A stretch of 64,000 nucleotides of DNA from the human T2T-CHM13v2.0 reference genome, Homo sapiens. The notes below the pieces were generated by a model. That model saw only the letters and a list, made by a program, of their open reading frames with translations. It searched no databases and was not told where the DNA came from. Shown one piece after another: positions 25,373 through 41,688 of the stretch. The translations under genes and the position numbers were made by a program. Each line of letters starts with the position of its first letter. The first letter of the stretch is position 1. The stretch lies in NCBI RefSeq assembly GCF_009914755.1, contig NC_060946.1; one strand, given 5' to 3'.

Positions 25373-28300
25373 AGTTCAGGGATATGTGAAAACGCCCCTG
25401 TAGGCAGAGCCTAGACAAGAGTAACATCACCTAGTTGATCCATGCAGAGATATTTCACAATAACCCATGTAGGCAGATCCTAGACAAGAGTTGAATCACC
25501 TGGGTGATCAGTGCAGAGATATTTCACAATGCCCCCTTTGGGCAGGGTGTAGACAAGAGTTACATCACCTAGGTGATCAGTGCGGAGATTTGTCAAAATT
25601 CCCTGTAGGCAGTGCTTATTACAGTGTTACATCCCCTAAGTGATCAGTGCAGAAATATGTCACAAAGCTCCTGTAGGCAGAACTTAGATGAGTTACGTCA
25701 CCTGGGTGATCAGTGCAAAGCTATGTCACAAAGCCCCATGTAGGCAAAGCGTAGACAATAGTTACATCACTTGGGTGATCAGTGGCGAGATCTCTCACAA
25801 TTCCCCTGTAGGCAGAGCTTATACAACAGTTACATCACCTGGGTGATCAGTGCAGAGATATGTAACAATGCCCCCATAGGCAGATCAAAGACAATTGTCC
25901 GTCACCTGGGTGATCAGTGCAGAAATATGTCACAATGTCCCCTTAGGCAGAGCCTAGACAAAAGCCCCATCACCTGGATGATCAGTGCAGAGTTATGTCA
26001 CAAAGTCCCTTTAGGCAGATCCTAGACAAGAGATACATCACTTGGATGATCATTGCTGAGATAAGTCCCAATGCCACTGTAGGCAGAGCCTAGACAAGAG
26101 TTACATATCCTAGGTGATCAGTGCAGAGATACATCAAAATGCCCCTGTAGGCAGAGCCTTGACAAGTGGTATATCACCTGGGTGATCATTGCAGGGATAT
26201 GTCACAAAGCACCCTGTAGGCAGATCCTAGAGAAGAGTTATATCACCTGGGTGATCAGTGCAGAGATATTTCACAAGCCCCTGTAGGCAGAGCCTATACA
26301 AGAGTTATATCACGTGGGTGATCAGTGCAGTGATATGTCACAATGCCGTGTAGCTGGAGCCTAGACTAAAGTTACAGCACCTGGGAGATCAGTGCAGAGA
26401 CATTTCACAATATCCCCAGTAGGCAGACACCAGGAAAGAGTTGGATCACCTCGGGATCAGTGCAGAGATATGTCTCAATCCCCCTGTGGGCACAGCCTAG
26501 ACAAGGGTTACATCACCTCGGTTAACAATGCAGAGATATGTTAGAATGCCCCTGTAGGCAGAGCCTACACAAGTGTTACATCACTTAGGTGATCAGTGCA
26601 GAGATATGTCACAATACCCTTTGTAAGCAGAGCCTAGACAACAGTTACATCACCTGGGTGATCAGTGCAGAGATATGTGCAAGGCCCTTATGAGCAGAGC
26701 ATAGACAAGAGTTGCATCACCTGAGTGATCAGTGCAGAGATCTGTCACAATGCCCCTCTAGGCAGAGCTTGGACCAGACTTACATCACCTGGGTGATCAG
26801 TGCAGAGATATGTCACAATGCCCCCATAGGCAAATCCAAGACAAGAGTCCGTCACCTGGGTGATCAGTGCAGAAACATGTGACAATGCACCCAGTAGGCA
26901 GAGCCTAGAGAAGAGTCCCATCACCTGGGTGATCATTGCAGAAATATTTGACAATATCTCTGCCCTGCAGGCAGAGCACAAGCAGGAGTTACATTACCTC
27001 CATGATCAGTGCAGAGATATGTCACAAGGCGCCATATAGGCAGAGCCTGGACAAGAGTTACATCACCTCGGTGATCAATGCAGTGATTGTCATTATGCCT
27101 CGTAGGCAGAGCCTAGTCTAGCGTTACATCACCTGAGGGATCAGTGCAGACATATGTCACAAAGCACCCATACACAGAGCCTAGATAAGAGTCCCATCAC
27201 TTGGGTGATCAGTGCAGAAATATGTCACAATGCCCCCATAGGCAGATCCAACACAAGAGTTACATCACCTGGGTGATCAGTGTAGAGATATGTCACAATG
27301 CACCCATAGGCAGAGCCTAGATAAAAGTCCCATCACCTGGGTGATCAGTGCAGAGATATGTCACTATGTCCCATGTAGGCAGAGCATAGAGTAGAGTTGC
27401 ATCACCTGGGAGATCAGTGCAGAGATATGTCACAATATTCCCTGTAGGCAAAGCCTAGGCAAGAGTTACATCATCTTTCTCATCCGTTCAGGGATATGTG
27501 AAAACACCCACGTAGGGAGAGCCTACACAAGAGTTACATCACCTAGTTGATCAGTGCACAGTTATTTCACAATAAGCCTGTAAGCAGAAGTTTGCCAAGC
27601 GTTACATCACCTGTTTGATCAGTGGAAATGTATATCACAAAGCCCCATTTAGGCAAAGCCCAGACAATTGTTACATCACCTGGGTGAGCAGTGGAGAGAT
27701 CTGTCACAATGCCCATGTAGGCAGAGCTTAATCAAGGGTTACACCAACTGGTTGATCAGTGCAGAGATATGTCAAAACGCTCCTGTAGTCTGAATCTAGA
27801 AATGAGTTACATCAACTGGGTGATCAGTACAGAGATATGTGAGGATTCCGGTGAAGAAAGACTCTAGACCAGTGTTACATCACCTAGATTATCAGTGCAG
27901 GTATAAGTCAAAAAGCCTCCTGTAGGCAGAGCGTAGACTAGAGTTCCCTCCCCAGGGTGAACAGTTCAGAGATGTGTCACAAAGCCCCTGTAGGCAGAGC
28001 CTAGGCAAGAGTTTCATCACTTGCTTGATCAGGTCAGAGATGTGTCAAAATGTCCATGTAGGCAGATGTAAGACAAGAGTCCATCACCTGGGTGATCAGT
28101 GCAGAGATATGTACCAATGTCCCCTGTAGGCAGTGACTAGACAAGAGTTGCATCACCTCAGAGATAAGTGCAGAGATATTTCACAAAGCCTTCTGTAGGC
28201 AAAGCCCATACAAGGCTTACATCACCTAGGTGATCAGGGCAGTGATATGTCACAAAAATCCCTGTATACAGAGCCTAGAGAAGAGTTACATCACCTGGGT

Positions 28301-30976
28301 GATCAGTGCAGATATTTGACACAATGACCCCATAGACAGAGCCTAGACAAGACTTCCATCACCTGGGTGATCAGTGCAGATATATGTCACAAATCCCCCT
28401 ATGGGCAGAGTAAAGAGAAGAGTCCCATCACCTGGGTGATCAGTGCAGAGATATTTCACAATGCCCCCTATAGGCAGAGAGTGGACAAGAGTTACATAAC
28501 CCAGGTGATCTGTGCAGGGCTATGTCAAAACGCCCCAGTAGGCAGAGCCTAGATAAATATTACATCACATGGGTGATCAGTGCAGAGATACGTCACAATA
28601 CACCCTGTAGGTGTAGCCTAGACAAGAGTTACATCACCTGTGTGACCAGTGCAGAGATACGTCACAATACCCCCTGTAGGTGGAGCATAGACAAGAGTTA
28701 CATAACCTGGGTGATCAGTACAGAAATATGTCACAAAACCCCTGTAGGCAGAGCCTAAACAAGAGTTACATCTCCTGGGTGATCAGTGCAGAAATATGTC
28801 ACACAGCCCCTGTAGGCCGAGCCTAGACAAGAGTTACATCTCCAGGGTTATCAGTGCAAAGATATGTCACAAAGGCCCTGTAGAGAAATCACGGAAAATT
28901 GTTACATCACCTGGGTAATCAGTGGAGATATCTGTCACAACTCCCCTTTAGATGCAGATTAGACAAGCGTTACATCACATGAGTGATCACTGCAGAGATG
29001 TGTCACTATGCCCCCATAGGCAGATCCAAGACAAGAGTCCATAACCTGGGTGATCAGTGCAGAAATATGCCACAATGCCGCCAGTAGGCAGATATAGACA
29101 AGAGTTATATCACCTGCGTGATCACTGCAGAGATATTTCACAATGCCCCTGTAGGCTTAGCCTAGACAGGAGTCCCATCACCTGGGTGATCAGTGCAGAG
29201 TTATGTCATAATGCCCTCTTTTGGCAGAGCCTAGACAAAGGTTACATCACCTGGGTGATCAGTGCAGAGATGTGTCACAAGCCCCCTGTAGCCAGAGCCT
29301 ACACAGTAGTTACATCAGCTGTGTGATCAGTGCAGTGACATGTCACAATGTCCCTGTAGACATATCCTTGAGAAAAGTGACATCACCTTGGTGATCAGTG
29401 CAGTGATATGTCACAATGTCCCATGTAGGCAGAGCATAGAGAACAGGTGCATCACCTGGGTGATCAGTGCAGACGTATGTCACAATATCCCCTGTAGGCA
29501 ATGCCCAGGCAAGGGTTACATCACGTTTGTCATCAGTTCAGGGATATGTGAAAATGCCCCTGTACACAGAGCCTAGACACTATTTACATCACCTAGTTGA
29601 TCAGTGCGGAGATATCTCACAATACCCCCTGTAGGCAGATCCTAGACAAGAGTTGAATCACCTGGGTGATCAGTGCAGAGATATTTCACAATGCCCCCTT
29701 TGGGCAGAGTGTAGACAAGAGTTACATCACCTAGGTGATCAGTGCAGAGATTTGTCAAAATTCCCTGTAGGCAGTGCTTATAAAAGTGTCACAACACCTA
29801 AGTGATCAGTACAGAGATATGTCAAAAAGCTCCTGTAGGCAGAACTTACATGAGTTACATCACCTGGGTGATCAGTGCAAAGGTATGTCACAAAGCCCCC
29901 TGTAGGCAAAGCCTAGACAATAGTTACATCACTTGCGTGATCAGTGGAGAGATCTCTCACAATTCCCCTGTAGGCAGAGCTTATACAACAGTTACATTAC
30001 TTGGATGATCAGTGCAGAGATATGTCACAATGCCACTGTAGGCAGAGCCTAGACAAGAGTTACATGACCTAGGTGATCAGTGCAGAGATACATCTCAATG
30101 TCCCTGTAGGCAGAGCCTTGACAAGTGGTACATCACCTGGGTGATCATTGCAGGGATATGTCACAAAGCACCCTGTAGGCAGATCCTAGAAAAGAGTTAC
30201 ATCACCTAGGTTATCAGTGCGGAGATTTGTCAAAATTCCCTGTAGGCAGTGCTTATAAAAGTGTTACATCACCTAAGTGATCAGTGCAGAGATATGTCAG
30301 AAAGCTCCTGTAGGCAGAACTTAGATGAATTACATCACCTGGGTGATCAGTGAAAATGTATGTCAGAAAGCCACCTTTAGGCAAAGCCTAGACAATAGTT
30401 ACATCAATTGAGTGATCAGTGGCGAGATCTCTCATAATTCCCCTGTAGGCAGAGCTTATACAACAGTTACATCACCTGTGTGATCAGTGCAGAGATATGT
30501 CACAATGCTCCCATAGGTAGATCCAAGACAGGAATCCGACACCTGGGTTATCAGTGCAGAAATATGTCACAATGCCCCCTTAGGCAGAGCCTAGACAAAA
30601 GCCCCGTCACCTGGATGATCAGTGCAGAGTTATGTCACAAAGTCCCTTTAGGCAGATCCTAGACAATAGTTACATCAGTTGGATGATCAGGGCAGAGATA
30701 TGTCACAATGCCACTATAGGAAGAGCCTAGAAAAGAGTTACATGACCTAGGTGATCATTGCAGAAATACCTCGCAATGTACCTGTAGGCAGAGCCTTGAC
30801 AAGTGGTACATCACCTGGGTGATCATTGCAGGGATATGACACAAAGTACCCTGTAAGCAGATCCTAGGAAAGAATTACATCACCTGGGTGATCAGTGCAG
30901 AGATATGTCACAAAGCCCCTGTTGTTAGAGCCTAGACGATTGTTACATCACTTTGTTGATCAGTTCAGAGATGTGT
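25369..30976 (+). repeat. Beta-satellite array
   Basis: Monomers GATCAGTGCAGAGATATGTCACAATGCCCCTGTAGGCAGAGCCTAGACAAGAGTTACATCACCTGGGT. Confidence 0.97.
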
Positions 30977-31564
30977 CATGCTGACTGTTTGCTCCCAGAG
31001 CTCTGCCGTCACCCAGAAACATGCAGGGAAGGGTGGAAGACCGGCACGGTGCCTTCGCTCTCCTTCCCAGTTTCCAAACCGGCCACACTGCAGACTCCCC
31101 ATGTTGTCACACACGGGAATCCATCATCAGGCCATCACGCCGGGTTGCATCTTCTCTCTGGGGTCTCACTCTGGTCTCCTACATGGAAATGAACGAGAGC
31201 CACAAGCCTGCGCGTGTGAGACTGTCCCGGCAACAGTGACACCAACAGGAACTCTTCTTCACGGAGAGAGGGCCTGGAACACTCAAGACTGCCTCGGAGG
31301 TTCAGTTCCACACTCCCCTCCACCGTCCCAAGCCGGTTTCTCCCTGCTGATGATGCGTGGGTGCCCAGAGAGTGGCTTCCAGTTCCCGCGGGATTCCTGG
31401 AAAGGTCTGGAGATCCAGCCCCCGAAACGCGGCACCCTTACCCCTTCCCCATCGCCCCCTTCCTCTTCGTCTCTCTGGCCCCACGACCACCATCACCATG
31501 CCCTCTGCCCCCCACGAAACCATCCCCGGCCGCAGGCCTCTAAGCCCTGGGAACCTACCGGTGT

Positions 31565-33039
<1,475 letters not shown>

Positions 33040-33599
33040 GACGCAGGGTGGGGTCGTGGTCGGGTCTGGGCAGGGCGGTGGCCTCTCTTTCACGGGGAAC
33101 ACCTGGCTGAGTATGGAGGGGCGTGTCTTCCCCATGCTCCCTCCACCGGGCTGACCGCCCTGGGATTCCTGCCTTCTAGGTCTAGGCCGGGTTAGAGGCT
33201 CCTCAGAGTGGAGAACTGCCATTCTTTCCTGGGCATCACGGGGATCCCAGAGCCGGCACAGGTACCAGCATGTGTGCCGCCTACTGTGCACGGGCGGCTT
33301 TGAGGGCAGCCGCCTGTGCTGTGGGAGCAGCCCAGACAGAGCTCTCATGCCTTTCCACCAACCCACCCACGCCTGACCACCCCCACCCAACCCCTACCCC
33401 ACACCCCCAGGAAATGAGTCCTCCACTGGGCTAGGTGGAGACCCCCATCCCATGAAACACCGGGCCCACGCAGCGTCCAGGCCTGTCACCCCTCGGTGGC
33501 TTGCCTCCTCTGCGCATCCACGCTACTGTCGCCGACCCTCCCGTACCCCTGCAGCCTCCCAGCTGCCACCATGGAGCACCTGGCGGTGGAACGCAGACC

Positions 33600-33804
33600 T
33601 CTAGCTCTCTTTGCCGGCTTCCTGGCTAGACCTGCGCTCATTGGGCACCCTGGCTGATGTGTAAGGGAGCCTGCTGGCCTCTCTGTGCCCTTGTCCATCC
33701 ATGAAACTCCAGCTGAGGCTCTCCCAACACCTTCCGATGCTCTTTAGTCAAAGCCTGGAGAATAGTTACATCTTCCTAGATGATCCGTTCAGAAATATGT
33801 CACA
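33600..33804 (+). other. pLAM / exon-3 homologue of copy 3
   Basis: CCTGGCTAG|ACCTGCG acceptor (AG at 33628-33629); GTCACA at 33799-33804 in the poly(A)-signal position. Confidence 0.85.
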
Positions 33805-36800
33805 ATGCCCCCTCCCTGCGGAGTCTAGAAAACATTTGCATCATTTGGGTGATAAGTGCAGAGATATATCACAATGTCCCCCGTACAGAAAGCCTGGAAA
33901 TGATTTACATCACCTCAGTGATCAGTGCATAAGTATGTCAGAAATCCCCAGTAGGCTGAACCTAGACAAGGGTTACGTCACTTAGGTGATCAGTGTAGAG
34001 ATATGTGAAAATTCCCGTGTAGACAGAGCTTAGACAAGTATTACATCACCTAGTGATCAGTGCAGGGATAAGTCGTAAAGTCTCCTGTAGGCGGAGTGCA
34101 GAAAAGTGGTTCAACCCTGGGATGATCAGTACAGAGATATGTCACAAAGCCCCTGTAAGCAGAACCTTGACAAAGGTTACATCAACTGTTTCATCAGTGG
34201 AAATGTATATCAGAAAGCCCCCTGTAGGCAAAGCCGAGATAATTGTTACATCACCTGGGTGAGCAGTGGAGAGATCTGTCACAATGCCCGTGTAGGCACA
34301 GCTTAGACAAGGGTTACATCACCTGGGTGATCAGTGCAGAGATATGTGAAAACGCTCCTGTAGGCTGAACCTAGACAGGAGTTACATCAACTGGGTGATC
34401 AGTGCAGAGATATGTGAGAATTCCAGTGTAGGCAGAGTCTAGACAAGTGTTACATCACCTAGGTTATCAGTGCAGGTATAAGTCGTAAAGCCTCCTGAAG
34501 GCAGAGCATAGAAAAGAGTTCCCTCCCCAGAGTGATCAGTGCAGAGATGTGTCACAAAGTCCCTGTAGTCAGATCCTAGACAAGAGTTTCATCACATGGT
34601 TGATCAGTTCAGAGATGTGTCACAATGTCCATGTAGGCAGATCTAAGACAAGGGTCCATCACCTGGGTGATCAGTGCAGAGATATGTACCAATGTCCCCT
34701 GTAGGCAGTGCCTAGGCATGAGATGCATCGCCTCACAGATCAGAGCATAGATATGTCACAAAGCCTTCTGTAGGCAACGCCCATACAAGGCTTACACCAC
34801 CTAGGTGATCAGTGCAGTGATATGTCACAAAAATCCCTATAGACAGAGCCTAGACAAGAGTTACATCACCTGGGTGATCAGTGCAGATATTTGACATAAT
34901 GCTCCCATAGACAGAGCCTAGACAAGACTTCCATCACCTGGGTGATCAGTGCACAGATATGTCACAAATCACCCTATAGGCAGAGTATAGAGAAGAGTCC
35001 CATCACATGGGTGATCAGTGCAGAGATATTTCACAATGCCCCCTGTAGGCAGAGAGTCGACAAGGGTTACATAACCTAGGTGATCTGTGCTGAGCTATGT
35101 CAAAGCGCCCCAGTAGGCAGCGCCTGGATAAATGTTACATCACCAGCATGATCACTGCAGAGATACGCCACAATACATCCTGTAGGTGGAGCCTAGACAA
35201 CAGTTACATCACATGAGTGATCAGTGCAGAGATACGTCACAATACTCCTTGTAGGTGGAGCCTAGACAAGAGTTACATCACCTGGGTGATCAGTGCAGAG
35301 ATATATCACAAAGCCCCTGTAGGCAGAGCCTAAATAAGAGTTACATCACCTGGGTGATCAGTGCAGAAATATGACACAAAGCCCCTATAGGCCGAGCCTA
35401 GACAATAGTTTCATCTCCTGGGTGATCAGTGCAAAGATATGTCACAAAGCCCCCAGAAGACAAATCCCAGAATATTGTTACATCACCTGGGTGATCACTG
35501 GAGATATCTGTCACAATTCCCCTTTAGGCGCAGCTTACACAAGGGTTACATCACATGAGTGATCAGTGCAGAGATATGTCACTATGGCCCATAGGCAGAT
35601 CCAAGAAAAGGGTCCATAACCTGGGTGATCAGTGCAGAAATATGCCACAATGCCGCCAGTAGGCAGATATAGACAAGAGTTACATCACATGCGCGATCAC
35701 TGCAGAGATGTGTCACAATGCCCCTGTAGGCAGAGCCTAGACAAGAGTCCCATCACCGGGGTGATCAGTGCAGAGTTATGTCACAATGCCCCCTTTTGGC
35801 AGAGCCTAGACAAGGGTTACATCACCTGGGTGATCAGTGCAGAGATGTGTCACAAACCCCCTGTAGCCAGAGCCTAGAAAAGTGCTACATCAGCTGTGTG
35901 ATCAGTGCAGTGACATGTCACAATGTCCGTGTAGTCATATCCTTGAGAAAAGTGACATCACCTGGGTGATCAGTGCGGAGATATGTCACAATGTCTGCAG
36001 CAGGTAGAGCCTAGACAAAGATTACATCACCTGGGTGATCAGGGCAGAGAAATGTCAGAATGCCCCCTGTAAGCAGATCCCAGACAAAAGTTGCATCACC
36101 TCGGTGATCAGTGCAGAGATATATCTCAATGCCCCTATTGGCGAAGTCTATACAAAAGTTACATCAACTCGGTGATCAGTGCAGTGATATGTTAAAATGC
36201 CACTGTAGGCAGAGCCTAGACAAGAGTTACATCACCTGAGTGATCAGTGCAGAGATATCTCACAATGCCCCGTGTAAGCAGAGCCTAGACAAGAGTTACA
36301 TTCCCTGGGTGATCAGTGCAGAGATATGTCATAATTCCCACAGTAGGCAAAGCCTAGACAAGTTTTACATCACCTCAGCGATCAGTGAAGAGATATGTCC
36401 CAGTGTCCCTCTAGGCAAAGCTTAGACTAGAGTCACATCTCCTGGGTGATCAGTGCAGAGGTAAGTCACTATGCCCACATAGGCAGAGCCTAGACAAGAG
36501 TTACATAACCCGGGTGATCCGTGCAGTGTGATGTCACAAGCCTCTTTGTAGGCAGAGACTAGAAAAGAGGTACATCACCTTGGTGATAAGTGCAGAGATA
36601 TGTCACAATGCCCCCTGTAGGCAGAGCATAGAGAAGAGTTGCATCACCTGGGTGATCAGTGTAGAGATATGTCACAATGTCGCCTGTAGGCAGATCCTAG
36701 ACAAGAGTTGCATCACCTGGGTGATCAGTGCAGTGATATGTCACAATCTCCCTTGTAGGCAAAGTCTAGGCAAGTGTTACATCACCTTTGTCATCAGTTA

Positions 36801-38916
36801 AGGGATATGTGGAAACGCCTCTGTAGGCCGAGTCTGGACAACAGTTACATCACCTAGTTGATCAGTGTAGAGATATTTCACAATACCCACTGTAGGCAGA
36901 TCCTAGACAAGAGTTGAATCACCTGGGTGATCAGTGCAGAGATATTTCACAATGCCCCCTTTGGGCAGAGGGTAGACAAGATTTATATCACCTAGGTGAT
37001 CAGTGCAGAGATTTGTCAACTTTCCCTGTAGGGAGTGCTTATAAAAATGTTACATCACATAAGTGATCAGTGCAGAGATATATCACAAAGCTCCTGTAGG
37101 CAGAACTTAGATGAGTTATATCACCTGGGTGATCAGTGCAAAGGTATGTCACAAAGCCCCATGTAGGCAAAGCCTAGACAATAGTTACATCACTTGGATG
37201 ATCAGTGGAGAGATCTCTCACAATTTCCCTGTAGGCACAGCTTATACAACACTTGCATCACCTGGGTGATCAGTGCAGAGATATGCCACAATGCCCCCAT
37301 AGGCAGATCCAAGACAAGAGTCCGTCACCTGGGTGATCAGTTCAGAAATATGTCACAATGCCCCCTTAGGCAGAACCTACACAAAAGCCCCATCACTTGG
37401 ATGATCAGTGCAGAGTTATGTCACAAAGTCCCTTTAGGCAGATCCTAGACAAGAGTTACTTCACTTGGATGATCAGTGCAGAGATATGTCACAATGTCAC
37501 TGTAGGCAGAGCCTAGAAAAGAGTTACAGGACCTAGGTGATCAGTGCAGAGATACATTGCAATGTCCCTGTAGGCAGATCCTTGACAAGTGGTTCATCAC
37601 CTGGGTGATCATTGCAGGGATATGTCACCAAGCACCCTGTAGGCAGATCCTAGAAAAGAGTTACATCTCGTGGGTAATCAGTGAAGAGATATGTCACAAT
37701 GCCACTGTAGACAGAGCCTAGACAAGAGTTACATGACCTAGGTGATCAGTGCAGAGATACATCGCAATGCCACTGTAGGCAGAGCCTTGACAAGGGGTAT
37801 ATCACCTGGGTGATCATTGGAGGGACATGTCACAAAGCACCCTGTAGGCAGATCCTAAAGAAGAGTTATATCACCTGGGTGATCAGTGCAGAGATATGTC
37901 ACAGGAACCCTGTATGCAGAGCTTAGACAAGAGTTATATCACCTGGGTGATCAGTGCAGTGATATGTCACAATGCCGTGTAGCCAGTGCCTAGACAAAAG
38001 TTACTGCACCTGGGAGATCAGTGCAGAGATATGTCACAATGTCCCCAGTAGGCAGAGACCAGGCAAGAGTTGGATCACCTCGGGATCAGTGCAGAGATAT
38101 GTCTCAATCCCACTGTGGGCACAGCCTTGAGAAGAGTTACATCACCTCGGTTAACAGTGCAGAGATATGTCAAAATGCCCCTGTAGGCAGAGCCTACACA
38201 AGTGTTACATCACTTAGGTGATCAGTGCAGAGATATGTCACAATACCCCCTGTAAGCAGAGCCTAGACAAGAGTTACATCACCTGGGTTATCAGTGCAGA
38301 GATATTGCACAATGTCCCCTGTAGGCAAAGCCTAGGCAAGAGTTCCATCACCTTTGTCATCATTTCAGGGATATGTGAAAACGCCCCTGTAGGCAGATCC
38401 TACACAGGAGTTGAATCACCTGGGTGATCAGTTCAGAGACATTTCACAATGCCCCTTTGGGCAGAGGGTAGACAAGAGTTACATCACCTAGGTGATCAGT
38501 GCAGAGATTTGTCAAAATTCCCTGTAGGCAGTGCTTATAAAAGTGTTACATCACCTAAGTGATCAGTGCAGAGATATGTCACAAAGCTCCTGTAGGCAGA
38601 ACTTAGATGAGTTACATCACCTGGGTGGTCAGTGCAAAGGTATGTCACAAAGCCCCATACACAGAGCCTAGACTAGAGTTCCATCACCTGGATGATCAGT
38701 GCAGAAATATATCACAATGCCCCCAGAGGCAGATCCAACAAAAGATTCACATCACCTTGGTGGTCAGTGTAGAGATATGTCACAATGCCATCATAGGCAG
38801 AGCCTAGACAAATGTCCCATCACCTGGGTGATCAGTGCAGAGATACATCACAAAGCCCCTGTAGGCAGAGTCTAGACAAGACTTACATCACTTTGTTGAT
38901 CCGTTCAGAGATGTTT
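33745..38916 (+). repeat. Beta-satellite array
   Basis: 68-69 bp tandem monomers. Confidence 0.97.
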
Positions 38917-41688
<2,772 letters not shown>

